IMG/VR virus record: IMGVR_UViG_2716884398_000001
Coordinates: 40,230-104,229 of that record
DNA length: 64,000 nucleotides
Strand: one strand, 5' to 3'
Origin: a virus
This document shows positions 1-8,810 of the stretch, piece by piece. Below the pieces are notes generated by a model. The model ran no database searches. It saw only the letters and a list, made by a program, of their open reading frames with translations, and was not told where the DNA came from. The first letter of the stretch is position 1. Each line of letters starts with the position of its first letter. Both the position numbers and the translations under genes were made by a program.

Positions 1-115
1 TTAGCTCATTATCAATATCTTTATCGCTAATTTTTATGATAGAATCAGAAATGTCTACAAACAGATCCCAATCCAAATCTTGATACGCTAGAAGTAAGTC
101 ATCAGCCCTGCTCAT
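1..115 (-). CDS. Partial CDS running off the left edge (MSRADDLLLAYQDLDWDLFVDISDSIIKISDKDIDNEL...), possibly a UvsY-like recombination mediator
   Basis: Translated by hand. The ATG at 115 overlaps the end of the upstream ORF and the frame is open to the edge. The product is a guess from the 'I..DIDNEL' pattern and context. Confidence 0.45.
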   Translation of the reverse strand, partial: MSRADDLLLAYQDLDWDLFVDISDSIIKISDKDIDNEL

Positions 116-488
116 GTAAAAGCTCCTTAGATAATTCTGGGTTTAGTCGAGCAAACATCATAATTGCTCGGGAGACTGTAATAGTCAGTCGTTCGTTAGA
201 AGTATACACATATTCTTCATCTTCCCCCTCACCTTCACCTCCCATGCCGCAAAGCTCTAGATAGGCATGACATATCTCATGGAAGAGTGTCTCCCGTGCG
301 GGAGCGGATTCTATTTTATCTTCAAGGTGGATTTGATAGGTATCAAAGTCACAGGTTCCCCAACAATTTGAAGAACCTGATTTTAAACCTTTCTTAAATA
401 CAATATCGAAAGTGGCCCAACCAACATTCACTTTTTGAAGCTTTGGGTTATCTTTTATTTTATCAAAAATATGATTACTCTTCGTCAT
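102..488 (-). CDS. HExxH zinc metallopeptidase-like protein
   Basis: WGTC...IHLE...RETLFHEICHA motif with a downstream E (SNER). The likely start is MTKSNH at 488, overlapping the helicase 3' end. Confidence 0.65.
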   Translation of the reverse strand: MTKSNHIFDKIKDNPKLQKVNVGWATFDIVFKKGLKSGSSNCWGTCDFDTYQIHLEDKIESAPARETLFHEICHAYLELCGMGGEGEGEDEEYVYTSNERLTITVSRAIMMFARLNPELSKELLHEQG

Positions 489-1776
489 CGAAATAATCCT
501 CACCCTCTGTTAGTCGTAATATGCTGTAATCAATATTGACAGGAACAACAAACCTTTGCTTGCCGTTTCTCGATTTCATCACATAGGCTCGCATCCTACC
601 CTCATCAAATTCTTCCTCTGTTTGATTTAGGGATACGGCATAGTCACAAGTACGAATCTTACCGTAAGCATCAGCCAATTCAGCATCTGTAATCAATTTT
701 ACCGATCTTCCTTGTCTGTTAGTTTGCGTTGCAGTCCAGACCAGAATATTGTTTTCAACCGCTAAACCCCGAAGCTCTTCACTAATTCTTTGTTGTGCTT
801 GATACTCAGCTAATCCTTCGCGTGTAGGTCGCATAAGCTCCAGATAATCTAAGAGGATAATGTCAGGTACAAAGTCTTCGTAATTCTTTAGCTGAACCAT
901 CAAAGATCTTACCGCATTAACAGTCGCCAAGCCCGTAGGGAATTCTTTGATAATCAAACGACTCTCAGGGAACTCATCTTTAAAGACTTGAAGCCTCTCA
1001 GTAACGATATGGTACTTCTCTTTTAGGTTTCTCTGCTGTATAAGTGTGGTTACAGAATCAAATCTTTGAGCAATTTTGTCTTCACTCATTTCAAGAGAGA
1101 TGTAAAGAACCTTCTTATTCTCCATCAACGCTTGAACGCCTTGGTTAACAAGATATAAGGATTTGCCAACCCCAGGAGGGGCAACAACCATAGCTAACTC
1201 TTTCCTGCTGAGGCCCCCCTCCAGTTCTCTATTTAGAGTTGGGAAAACCAAGCTAAAGCGTTCGCCTTCAGCCTCCTTAAATATACGCTCAAATCTACCT
1301 TTAATATCGTCAAAGTAAAGGTGTCCATAATCAACATTTCTATTAACAGTTAACGCCTTTCTGACTACGGATTCAATCTCATCAATCTTATCATCCTTCA
1401 TCAACCCTATACTTTCGGTAATGGCTGATTTCATAGCCTCTTTTCTAGCAAAAGATTCTACTATATCCAGATAAAACTCAACATTATCAATAGAAGAAGT
1501 GTCCATGCTGTTGATGTAGTGTAACTCATCAACATAATCAGAAAGCTGCTCCTTACCTTCTTTTACATCCTTAACTTCTTCAACTAAAAAATCATCAGTA
1601 GGAAGACTACTATACTTGTCATAGTGCGTCCTGATGGATGAGAAAAGTGTACCGTGAATCGGGAATTCAAAATATTCCTCCTTCACAAGAGAAGCTATCT
1701 GGAGATAAAAATCTCTATTGTATTTGGAGAGGAAGAGAATACCTCGTTGGATATTCTCACTAAAATCGTATTTCAT
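475..1776 (-). CDS. Replicative DnaB-family helicase (T4 gp41-like)
   Basis: Walker A APPGVGKS, YISLEMSE, IILLDYLELM, WTATQTNR and KSRNG motifs. Confidence 0.93.
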   Translation of the reverse strand: MKYDFSENIQRGILFLSKYNRDFYLQIASLVKEEYFEFPIHGTLFSSIRTHYDKYSSLPTDDFLVEEVKDVKEGKEQLSDYVDELHYINSMDTSSIDNVEFYLDIVESFARKEAMKSAITESIGLMKDDKIDEIESVVRKALTVNRNVDYGHLYFDDIKGRFERIFKEAEGERFSLVFPTLNRELEGGLSRKELAMVVAPPGVGKSLYLVNQGVQALMENKKVLYISLEMSEDKIAQRFDSVTTLIQQRNLKEKYHIVTERLQVFKDEFPESRLIIKEFPTGLATVNAVRSLMVQLKNYEDFVPDIILLDYLELMRPTREGLAEYQAQQRISEELRGLAVENNILVWTATQTNRQGRSVKLITDAELADAYGKIRTCDYAVSLNQTEEEFDEGRMRAYVMKSRNGKQRFVVPVNIDYSILRLTEGEDYFDDEE

Positions 1777-1778
1777 TT

Positions 1779-2243
1779 CTACTGTGGTTTATCGAAGTCT
1801 AATTTACCTGGATCTCGGCCCACATTGTTATAGTTGTCTCTCGTCAATTGTTTAGCATTATTAATAGCATCTGTGAATTCTTCCTCAGTTCTCCTTTTAG
1901 CTTTGCCTTCCTTTACGAATTCTTCGCCATTAGGAGTTACTCTAGAATAGTGCTGCCATCCTTTCTTTATTGCTCTTTCTGATCTTTCAATCGAATCCTT
2001 TAAGAACTTATCTGCTTCCTGTTTATTCATCCCCTTGAGATCATATTCTTTATTCCTAGCCCTTACAGTATGGAAATCAGTATCGGTCCCCCAGTTAAAA
2101 TTAGGCAGTTGTGAACCATAATATCTATTACCGAATTTACCACATTTTTTAGGGCATTTGGTTTTTTTAGGAGCTTTCCCTACAGGAGCCTCACGCTCCC
2201 AAATAACACCACAGTCTTTACATAAATAGTCGAATTTAGCCAT
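1779..2243 (-). CDS. FmdB-like zinc-ribbon protein
   Basis: N-terminal FDYLCKDCG...CPKKCG; SD AGGAGG at 2251-2256. Confidence 0.7.
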   Translation of the reverse strand: MAKFDYLCKDCGVIWEREAPVGKAPKKTKCPKKCGKFGNRYYGSQLPNFNWGTDTDFHTVRARNKEYDLKGMNKQEADKFLKDSIERSERAIKKGWQHYSRVTPNGEEFVKEGKAKRRTEEEFTDAINNAKQLTRDNYNNVGRDPGKLDFDKPQ

Positions 2244-2250
2244 TATAATG

Positions 2251-2265
2251 CCTCCTACTATTATA
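2251..2265 (-). promoter_or_regulatory. Candidate sigma70-type -10 (TATAAT) and SD (AGGAGG) for the zinc-ribbon/helicase operon
   Basis: The minus strand reads CACTATAATAGTAGGAGGCATTATAATG. Confidence 0.5.
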
Positions 2266-2279
2266 GTGGGTGCATATTA

Positions 2280-3269
2280 CTATTCACAGCAATTGCAGCA
2301 TTTATCGGATACTACGCACTCGGATAATAACTCTTCTATAACATCACATACCGCTTTTTTCATTCTGCCCATTGTGCTATTTGCCTCACAGTCAGCGTTT
2401 CGTAAAGCAGTACGAACTTTTTTCCCAAACTTTTCTGCTGCTTTTTTAGGGTTAAGAATTAATTCATGAGCACTCCAATCCATACCACCCGAAGATTGAT
2501 TGCCATCAGGAGTATCCATGCCGAAAGAATCCATCAAATCAGAATCAGATTGTGAGGCTGGAGGTAAAGAATCGTCGCTGCCCATTCCTGTATTTTTACA
2601 TGTAAGGACTGGCGCATCGTTAGGATTGCGGGGAGGTTGATTTTCACATATTGACCAATTATATCCCGTTCTGTATGGAACTTGAGCCCCTGGATGCTGT
2701 GTATCTCGCCTTTCTATTGTTTTTACTTTAACACAATTATCCACGCATTTTAGATCTTCAGACCTGATAATGCCATTGCAAACAGTTAAACATTTTAAAG
2801 TCTCACCTTCAAAGGTAGGGGCACAACACTCACTAGAGAAGGGCTTTTTCTGTAATCTTTTAATTTTTCCAGAAAAAGTTCTAGTTATCACTGTTCCGTT
2901 TGTATGTCTTAGGCTTGCAGGCTTTCCATCTGCATCTTTCAAGCACTCTGGGAGCTTATCGGCTAGAGAACCTTGAGTGGCTATTAATTGGTCTGCTTCT
3001 TCTTTAGTGGTACACCAATCAGAAACCTTTTTTCTAACCTTAATTTCAATGGTCCTTCTATTCTCTTTATGCTGATGTAAGGGTCTACCCGCACCTGGGG
3101 GGTTTCCTGGATCTCGATTATCACCACCGATCCCGCCTCTTTTTATGTTTACACCACTTTCTAATTTAACACTAAAATGAAACTCACACTCCTGTAAACA
3201 TTCACATGTTTGCGTCCCTGTGCCCGTTCCTGGTGGTATTCCGTCTCCGTGCGTTCCAAATAAAACCAT
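2280..3269 (-). CDS. Cys-rich hypothetical protein (paralogue of 3269-4180)
   Basis: 329 aa ORF; N-terminal LFGT...CECLQEC; C-terminal KCCNCCE. Confidence 0.75.
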   Translation of the reverse strand: MVLFGTHGDGIPPGTGTGTQTCECLQECEFHFSVKLESGVNIKRGGIGGDNRDPGNPPGAGRPLHQHKENRRTIEIKVRKKVSDWCTTKEEADQLIATQGSLADKLPECLKDADGKPASLRHTNGTVITRTFSGKIKRLQKKPFSSECCAPTFEGETLKCLTVCNGIIRSEDLKCVDNCVKVKTIERRDTQHPGAQVPYRTGYNWSICENQPPRNPNDAPVLTCKNTGMGSDDSLPPASQSDSDLMDSFGMDTPDGNQSSGGMDWSAHELILNPKKAAEKFGKKVRTALRNADCEANSTMGRMKKAVCDVIEELLSECVVSDKCCNCCE

Positions 3270-4180
3270 TACCCTTCCTCCTCCTCTTCACAATCACAGC
3301 AAAGTTCTGTGCTTACAAATTCCTGTACAGGATTGCCAGGACCCCCGAGAGTAATAGCAAAACTCTCACAATTCTTTTGCATTTGTTTAAGCATTCCGCA
3401 AATCGCTTTTGATGAATCGTTTCCTCCTGCTGCTAAAGCTTGTGCTAAATCATTACCAAAAGTAGTTCCGTGAGGTACAGTGGCAGGAAATTGTTCATTA
3501 ACTACATCATTATTATCAAAATAGGAATTATCTTCTAAAATATCAATAATACCCTGTTCACTTTCTGAGGTAAGACCCGCTTCTTCAGCAGTGTCTTTCC
3601 AACCTGAATCCTTATCACCACATTCTTTTCTAAATTCTACAGCGCGAGGGGGTTGTGGTTCTCCAAATGCTTCAGAACGAGGTCTTGCATGTCTTATACT
3701 TATTTTGCATTGCTGCTTGCATTGTCCTACATCCTCAATAGAGCCACAATCATTATCAAAATTACCCCAGCAGGCAGGTATATCATCACAAACCCCTGTG
3801 TCTGTAGAACCTAAGATTTTTCTAATGAGTGTGCGGCTTCTGATGTTACAGGATGCTTCTCTTAATCCACCTCCAGTAGGAGTTCCGAGAGGCGAAGACG
3901 CATTTGTTACAGCCCCTCCAAAACAGTCTTGATCAGGAAGCTCTAAACTTCCCCAGGTGCTACATTCACGAAATCTTTTAACAGAAAACATCAGTTTTAT
4001 ACTCCTGATCATTCCCTGCTCAGTAAACTCACCTGTGCCAGCTTGGACATTATCAGGTAACTTTTTATTTAAATTTATACTGATTGTGTTATCACATATG
4101 TCTGTGCAATAACATTTTTCATCAGGTGGACTATCATCTGGGGAAACTCCAGGTTGTTGTGTTCCGAAAAATTTTGCCAT
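3269..4180 (-). CDS. Cys-rich hypothetical protein
   Basis: 303 aa ORF; N-terminal FFGT...CYCTDIC; C-terminal LCCDCEEEEEG; SD GGGAG. Confidence 0.75.
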   Translation of the reverse strand: MAKFFGTQQPGVSPDDSPPDEKCYCTDICDNTISINLNKKLPDNVQAGTGEFTEQGMIRSIKLMFSVKRFRECSTWGSLELPDQDCFGGAVTNASSPLGTPTGGGLREASCNIRSRTLIRKILGSTDTGVCDDIPACWGNFDNDCGSIEDVGQCKQQCKISIRHARPRSEAFGEPQPPRAVEFRKECGDKDSGWKDTAEEAGLTSESEQGIIDILEDNSYFDNNDVVNEQFPATVPHGTTFGNDLAQALAAGGNDSSKAICGMLKQMQKNCESFAITLGGPGNPVQEFVSTELCCDCEEEEEG

Positions 4181-4188
4181 AATACTTC

Positions 4189-4205
4189 TCCCTTTTATAT
4201 AGGGA
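4189..4205 (-). promoter_or_regulatory. Late-promoter-like box TATATAA inside a short hairpin that pairs with the SD
   Basis: Minus strand reads TCCCT-ATATAAA-AGGGA-GAAGTATT-ATG. Confidence 0.45.
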
Positions 4206-4232
4206 CTACTCTTGGCAAAAAAGATTGTTTCT

Positions 4233-4688
4233 TTACGGAGTTATAGCACCTCTAGCTCTCCACCTAAATAGAACTTCTTTCTTTTTTTCGTTTTTTATTA
4301 TGGATATTACAGCTTGTGTTTGATCCCAAGGAACTTTTCGAACATGAGAAATTGCTTTCCACATGCTATCTACCCCAGCTACTCTCATCTGAGTTCTACA
4401 AGCCTTCTGACATCTAGCCTCTGCTTCCGAGATTAGGCGAATACCTAAAGGAGAATCCTTATTAATTTTATCCTTCTTGATCTTTTTCATCTCGGGGGTT
4501 ACTTCCATTAATTTGGACCAGTTTACCACTCCAGGCTGTTTTACCATTCTAGGCTCCTTTACGCCGCAAATATTATCAGAAGGCGTAGCAATCCACTCAT
4601 CTATTTGGTAAGATAAAAAAGTATTATCTAAAAGAGGAGGAAGGCATCCTGTGCCTAACCCTAAAAAGAATATGATTAACCGATCCAT
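4233..4688 (-). CDS. Secreted or lipoprotein-like protein with weak OmpH/Skp resemblance
   Basis: Hydrophobic N-terminus ending GTGC; GVVNWSKLMEVTPEMKK and DQTQAVISII resemble the OmpH N- and C-terminal motifs. Confidence 0.45.
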   Translation of the reverse strand: MDRLIIFFLGLGTGCLPPLLDNTFLSYQIDEWIATPSDNICGVKEPRMVKQPGVVNWSKLMEVTPEMKKIKKDKINKDSPLGIRLISEAEARCQKACRTQMRVAGVDSMWKAISHVRKVPWDQTQAVISIIKNEKKKEVLFRWRARGAITP

Positions 4689-4783
4689 CTTATTAATCCA
4701 TATAAAAGCAAGGAGCCTAAAGTAGCATACAGTAAAGCTAAAACTATAATCTCCCGTGTTACTTGATCGTCTCGTTTATACAC
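4676..4783 (-). CDS. 35-aa single-pass membrane protein
   Basis: GTG at 4783 with GGGGAG 7 nt upstream; hydrophobic helix IIVLALLYATLGSLLLYGLI; overlaps both neighbours by a few nt. Confidence 0.55.
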   Translation of the reverse strand: MYKRDDQVTREIIVLALLYATLGSLLLYGLIRWIG

Positions 4784-5087
4784 TAAATGACTCCCCACAA
4801 CCACAGGTTTTTGACGCTGAAGGGTTTTCAAATTTAAACCCTCTACCCATAAGGCTTTCCTCAAAATCAACCTCTGTACCATTCAAATACAAAAAAGATT
4901 TAGGATCACATATTATATTGCCATACTGCATATCTAACTCGGTTTTATTATCATCGAAGCCTAAGGTGTATGAAAATCCACTACACCCTCCACCCTTAAC
5001 ACCTACACGAAGAAAGACACTACCTAAATTTTGTTCGGTAACAATTCTATCAACTTCTGCTTGTGCTTTTTTACTAAGAGTTATCAT
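4776..5087 (-). CDS. iscA: Fe-S cluster assembly A-type carrier protein (IscA/HesB family)
   Basis: LRVGVKGGGCSGFSY and FENP...CGCGESF signatures; likely start MITLSKKA at 5087. Confidence 0.93.
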   Translation of the reverse strand: MITLSKKAQAEVDRIVTEQNLGSVFLRVGVKGGGCSGFSYTLGFDDNKTELDMQYGNIICDPKSFLYLNGTEVDFEESLMGRGFKFENPSASKTCGCGESFSV

Positions 5088-5334
5088 ATTCGTCTGCCAA
5101 CAAAGCATTAAGTTGAATCCATCTATCTTCCGACTCATCTTCTTGCCTTATTGCATCTACTGGACATTCTGGTTCACAAGCAGCGCAATCAATACATTCT
5201 TCGGGATGAATAAACATCGGAAGATTAGAAGTATCTTCTTTTGGTTCAGCTTCGTGGATGCAGTCCACTGGGCAAACTTCTACGCATGCTGTGTCTTTAA
5301 CTCCTACACAAGGTTCCTGTATTACATATGTCAT
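5074..5334 (-). CDS. Dicluster ferredoxin (FdxA/7Fe-type)
   Basis: PCVGVKDTACVEVCPVDCI and CIDCAACEPECPVDAI. Confidence 0.93.
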   Translation of the reverse strand: MTYVIQEPCVGVKDTACVEVCPVDCIHEAEPKEDTSNLPMFIHPEECIDCAACEPECPVDAIRQEDESEDRWIQLNALLADEYDNS

Positions 5335-7230
5335 TTAAGCACCACAATCCCCACCTGCAAGTGAGCACATTTCTCCAGTCTGTACTTCCGACTTTATTTC
5401 CTCACCCTTCATATATTTATCTACATTAGTTTGGGTAAGAGGTATAGCCTCTAAAGGCTCATTACCTTTCGAGCCAGCACGATAAACCGTGAGTCCTTTA
5501 AGGTATGGAGCATAGTCCAAAGCGGCTTGAGAAAAGTCCGCAGCTTCCGCAGTATTGGGGAGGTTGATTGTTTTTGAAATACAGGAGTCGATGTACTTCT
5601 GAATCGTCGCCTGTACTTTAATGTGACCATCGGGCGCAACATCATAAGCTCCGACGAAGTTATCAAGCGGGACTCCTTTTTCGTAAAACTCTTGGAATAA
5701 CGGATCGACAACTAATTGCTCCTTCCAAATATTGTTAGTACGGTAACGCCTGTTATACATAGCAGCGAATATCGGCTCAATTCCAGAACTAACCCCGTGG
5801 AGCATTGAGATAGTACCACAAGGAGGGATAGTAAGCATAACAGCATTTCGAATCCCGTATCGCTTGATAAGCATTCTGATACGAGCAGGAAGGGTTTTTG
5901 CAAAAGATTCATTTAGATACTTTTTGTAATCGAACTCTGCGAATGGGGCTTTGTCCCTTGCGAGGTAAATCGACATTTTGTACGACTCATCTCGTATGGT
6001 AGCAAAGAGTCGATCTAAAAACTCAAGGCACTTTTCACTACCGTACTTAATTCCCAGTTTAATAAGCATATAATGTAGACCAGTTACGCCTAATCCAATT
6101 CTACGAGATCTCTGCGCGACAGTTCGACACTCCTCAGTAGGGAAATTGTTCACAGTTAGAACATTGTCTAGGAATCTAATTCCTGTACGAACTGTACGAG
6201 CCAATCTTTTCCAGTCAACATCACTACCATCAGCAAGCACCATATTATTGAGATTAATATTAGCGAGGCAGCAGTTTCCATAGGATGGGAGGGATATTTC
6301 CCCACAAGGATTGGTTGAATCAAGGCTTTCAAAATACGACACATTAGTATATTTATTAGCCAAGTCGATGTTATAGATGCCAGGATCTCCAGATTCTACA
6401 GAGTTTTTCCAAATCAGATCCCATAAGTCCCTAGCTTTAATGTCTTTACGACCTTGGCAAGAAAAAGTGTCTTTCCAGTCTTTCTTATGGAAATTTTCGG
6501 CTCGGGCAAGGGCATCTTCTTCATCCATACCTATTACATAGATAAACTCTTCACCGTTACGCAGCATCTCGTAGGAGTGATATTCTTTATTATTAAAAGA
6601 GAAATACCACTCTTCGTCTAGTTCAATCGCTTCCAAGAACCTGTCGGTAATAGCAACAGAGATGTTAAAATTATTAAGTTGTCCTTGGTCTAACTTTACA
6701 GACAAAAACTCAAGTAAATCAGGGTGGGTAACATTAAGGATACCCATAAGAGCAGTTCTGCGATTCTTACCAGCACGGACATGTTCACCTACCTCATTAA
6801 TCATTTGAAGAACGGAAACTGCCCCAGGAGCGGAATTAGCTACGCTACCTATATGATCTCCCTTGGGCCGAATTTTAGAAACATTAAAACCTACGCCTCC
6901 ACCTGCACAGGAGATCCGATACATGTCTTGTACAGTTTTTCCAATGGAGTCCACAGTGTCTTCTGGAATAATAACATAGCAATTAAGCAGGTTGTGATTA
7001 CCACGACTCCTACCAGCACCATAAATGATCCTACCACCTGGGATAAGATCCCCAGAACCGACTGCTTCATAAAACGCTTTTTCAACTTTTTCTTTGTTTT
7101 CATCAATCTCTGCGGAAGCAACAGTTTTAGCTATAACCTTTGCTCTTTCTGCCCATTTAGTTTCGCCAGGATAGGCATAACGACTTTCAAAAATTTCCTG
7201 ACCTAGATCACTTAATACAGCTTTACTCAT
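5335..7230 (-). CDS. nrdJ: Ribonucleotide reductase, probably class II (adenosylcobalamin-dependent)
   Basis: PGGRI, LLNCYV, TNPCGEI, CCLANINL, PCGTIS and KGLTVYRAGS motifs; C-terminal Cys pair; no YY radical-transfer pair and no beta subunit in the window. Confidence 0.88.
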   Translation of the reverse strand: MSKAVLSDLGQEIFESRYAYPGETKWAERAKVIAKTVASAEIDENKEKVEKAFYEAVGSGDLIPGGRIIYGAGRSRGNHNLLNCYVIIPEDTVDSIGKTVQDMYRISCAGGGVGFNVSKIRPKGDHIGSVANSAPGAVSVLQMINEVGEHVRAGKNRRTALMGILNVTHPDLLEFLSVKLDQGQLNNFNISVAITDRFLEAIELDEEWYFSFNNKEYHSYEMLRNGEEFIYVIGMDEEDALARAENFHKKDWKDTFSCQGRKDIKARDLWDLIWKNSVESGDPGIYNIDLANKYTNVSYFESLDSTNPCGEISLPSYGNCCLANINLNNMVLADGSDVDWKRLARTVRTGIRFLDNVLTVNNFPTEECRTVAQRSRRIGLGVTGLHYMLIKLGIKYGSEKCLEFLDRLFATIRDESYKMSIYLARDKAPFAEFDYKKYLNESFAKTLPARIRMLIKRYGIRNAVMLTIPPCGTISMLHGVSSGIEPIFAAMYNRRYRTNNIWKEQLVVDPLFQEFYEKGVPLDNFVGAYDVAPDGHIKVQATIQKYIDSCISKTINLPNTAEAADFSQAALDYAPYLKGLTVYRAGSKGNEPLEAIPLTQTNVDKYMKGEEIKSEVQTGEMCSLAGGDCGA

Positions 7231-8810
7231 TTTCTTCCTTTGATGTAAGACACACCTTTCTTTTTTGCAACAGTAATTTTCTTAGAGGAATATAATAGGG
7301 ACTTTAGATGACTATTGTGAGTGATAACAAAAACTTTTTTATTTGCCTTAATCTCTTGAAGTAGCCCGTACAATCCTGTTATACCTTCTTCATCCAAATT
7401 CTCAGCTATTTCATCGAAAAATAGTAAATTTGGTTGTGTTTTGTCCGTTAAAAGTAAAAGATCTTTAAGGGAAAGCGTGACTGCTAAATTAACCTTTCGT
7501 CGTTCGCCTCCTGACAATGATATATATTGCACTCGTTGTCCGTTAGTATGAATTTCTTCGATTAATTCTTCGTTAAATTTTAACATATACTTTGAATTAG
7601 TTAAGAATGATAGGTAATAATTGATCCTATCATTCAAATAGTCTAATACATTTTTAATTATATACTTAATTATACCCTGCTGGGAGAAAGCCTTTTCCCA
7701 GAAACGCATAACCTCATATTTCACTTTGTTATTAGCTTTTACCTCATTAGATAGGGTAATTTTGGAAGTTAATGAATCCTTAATCTCTTGGTAATTTGTC
7801 CCGTCCCTACATAAGTCTCTATACTGTAAGAATTTGTTGTATTCGGAAGAACTAAACTTTATTTCAGGAATGTCATTCTTAATTACTTTTAAGTCTTGCT
7901 CTAAAGAACCAATGTCCGAAATTAAATTTTCTATTTCAGAGAGTATCTTATTGTCAGTCCTGCTAACTAGTACCTGACTACATTTCGAACAAGTCCTATC
8001 CTCGATAGGTATTTGTAGTTCTTTTTCTAGTCCTTCAACCCTATCTGATAGGCTATCAATTTCATTAGACTTTCTAGAAGCCTGATATGTTAGCTTCGAC
8101 TTAAGCTGCTCGGTTTCTACAATTTCCGATAGGGTTAGATCAAGCGGGTAACCTTCATACTTCACAAACTCTTTTTTAGCGGAGTTGATGTAATTAATCT
8201 TTTTATCAATTCCTTGGATAGTCTTTTCATGCTCGGAGACAATTGCGTCCTGCTCTTTCATCTCTTGATAGAACCCTGCCTTGTGATTCTTTATCCTGTC
8301 TCGCATAATAAAGATCTCATCGAGAGCAAGAAAGTGTTTAATGATGTTTCGTTTATCTTCGGCAGAACAGTCCAAAAAGTTTAAATCATTGGACTGACCA
8401 AAAAACATAGAGGCTAATAAAACCTTATAATTTGTTTTATATCGCTCATCAATTAGAGCTTGAGTATCGAATATCGTATGCTGTGTTTTGTCCTCTCCGT
8501 CGATAAAAAGCTTCAGTTTTGTCGGCTTTTTTTGCCGTAAAATACGAACCCCGTCATCTAGAAATACCTCTACTTGGCATTTCTTTTTCTCTTGATTGTT
8601 GACCAAGGCTTCGTCAGTGCTCTTTCTAATGGTTTTGCCTGTCAAACCAAAATAAATTGATTCAATTAGTACACTTTTGCCAGCGCCATTAGAGCCTTTA
8701 GTATCGTAATTATAACCATCAATAAGAACGATGCCTTGTGATTTGGAAAAGTTTAAAGTAGCATTCTTAAAAGAATAAAAGTTCTGAATTCTTACTTTCT
8801 TAATGTTCAT
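7227..8810 (-). CDS. SbcC/Rad50-like ATPase (T4 gp46-like)
   Basis: GSNGAGKS, CSKC zinc hook, LSGGE, LLFFDE and VITH motifs. Confidence 0.93.
   Translation of the reverse strand: MNIKKVRIQNFYSFKNATLNFSKSQGIVLIDGYNYDTKGSNGAGKSVLIESIYFGLTGKTIRKSTDEALVNNQEKKKCQVEVFLDDGVRILRQKKPTKLKLFIDGEDKTQHTIFDTQALIDERYKTNYKVLLASMFFGQSNDLNFLDCSAEDKRNIIKHFLALDEIFIMRDRIKNHKAGFYQEMKEQDAIVSEHEKTIQGIDKKINYINSAKKEFVKYEGYPLDLTLSEIVETEQLKSKLTYQASRKSNEIDSLSDRVEGLEKELQIPIEDRTCSKCSQVLVSRTDNKILSEIENLISDIGSLEQDLKVIKNDIPEIKFSSSEYNKFLQYRDLCRDGTNYQEIKDSLTSKITLSNEVKANNKVKYEVMRFWEKAFSQQGIIKYIIKNVLDYLNDRINYYLSFLTNSKYMLKFNEELIEEIHTNGQRVQYISLSGGERRKVNLAVTLSLKDLLLLTDKTQPNLLFFDEIAENLDEEGITGLYGLLQEIKANKKVFVITHNSHLKSLLYSSKKITVAKKKGVSYIKGRK

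Noticed and set aside
4233..4783. Spanin pair
   Set aside because: The membrane peptide lacks a periplasmic coiled coil, the lipobox is imperfect, and no endolysin or holin is adjacent.
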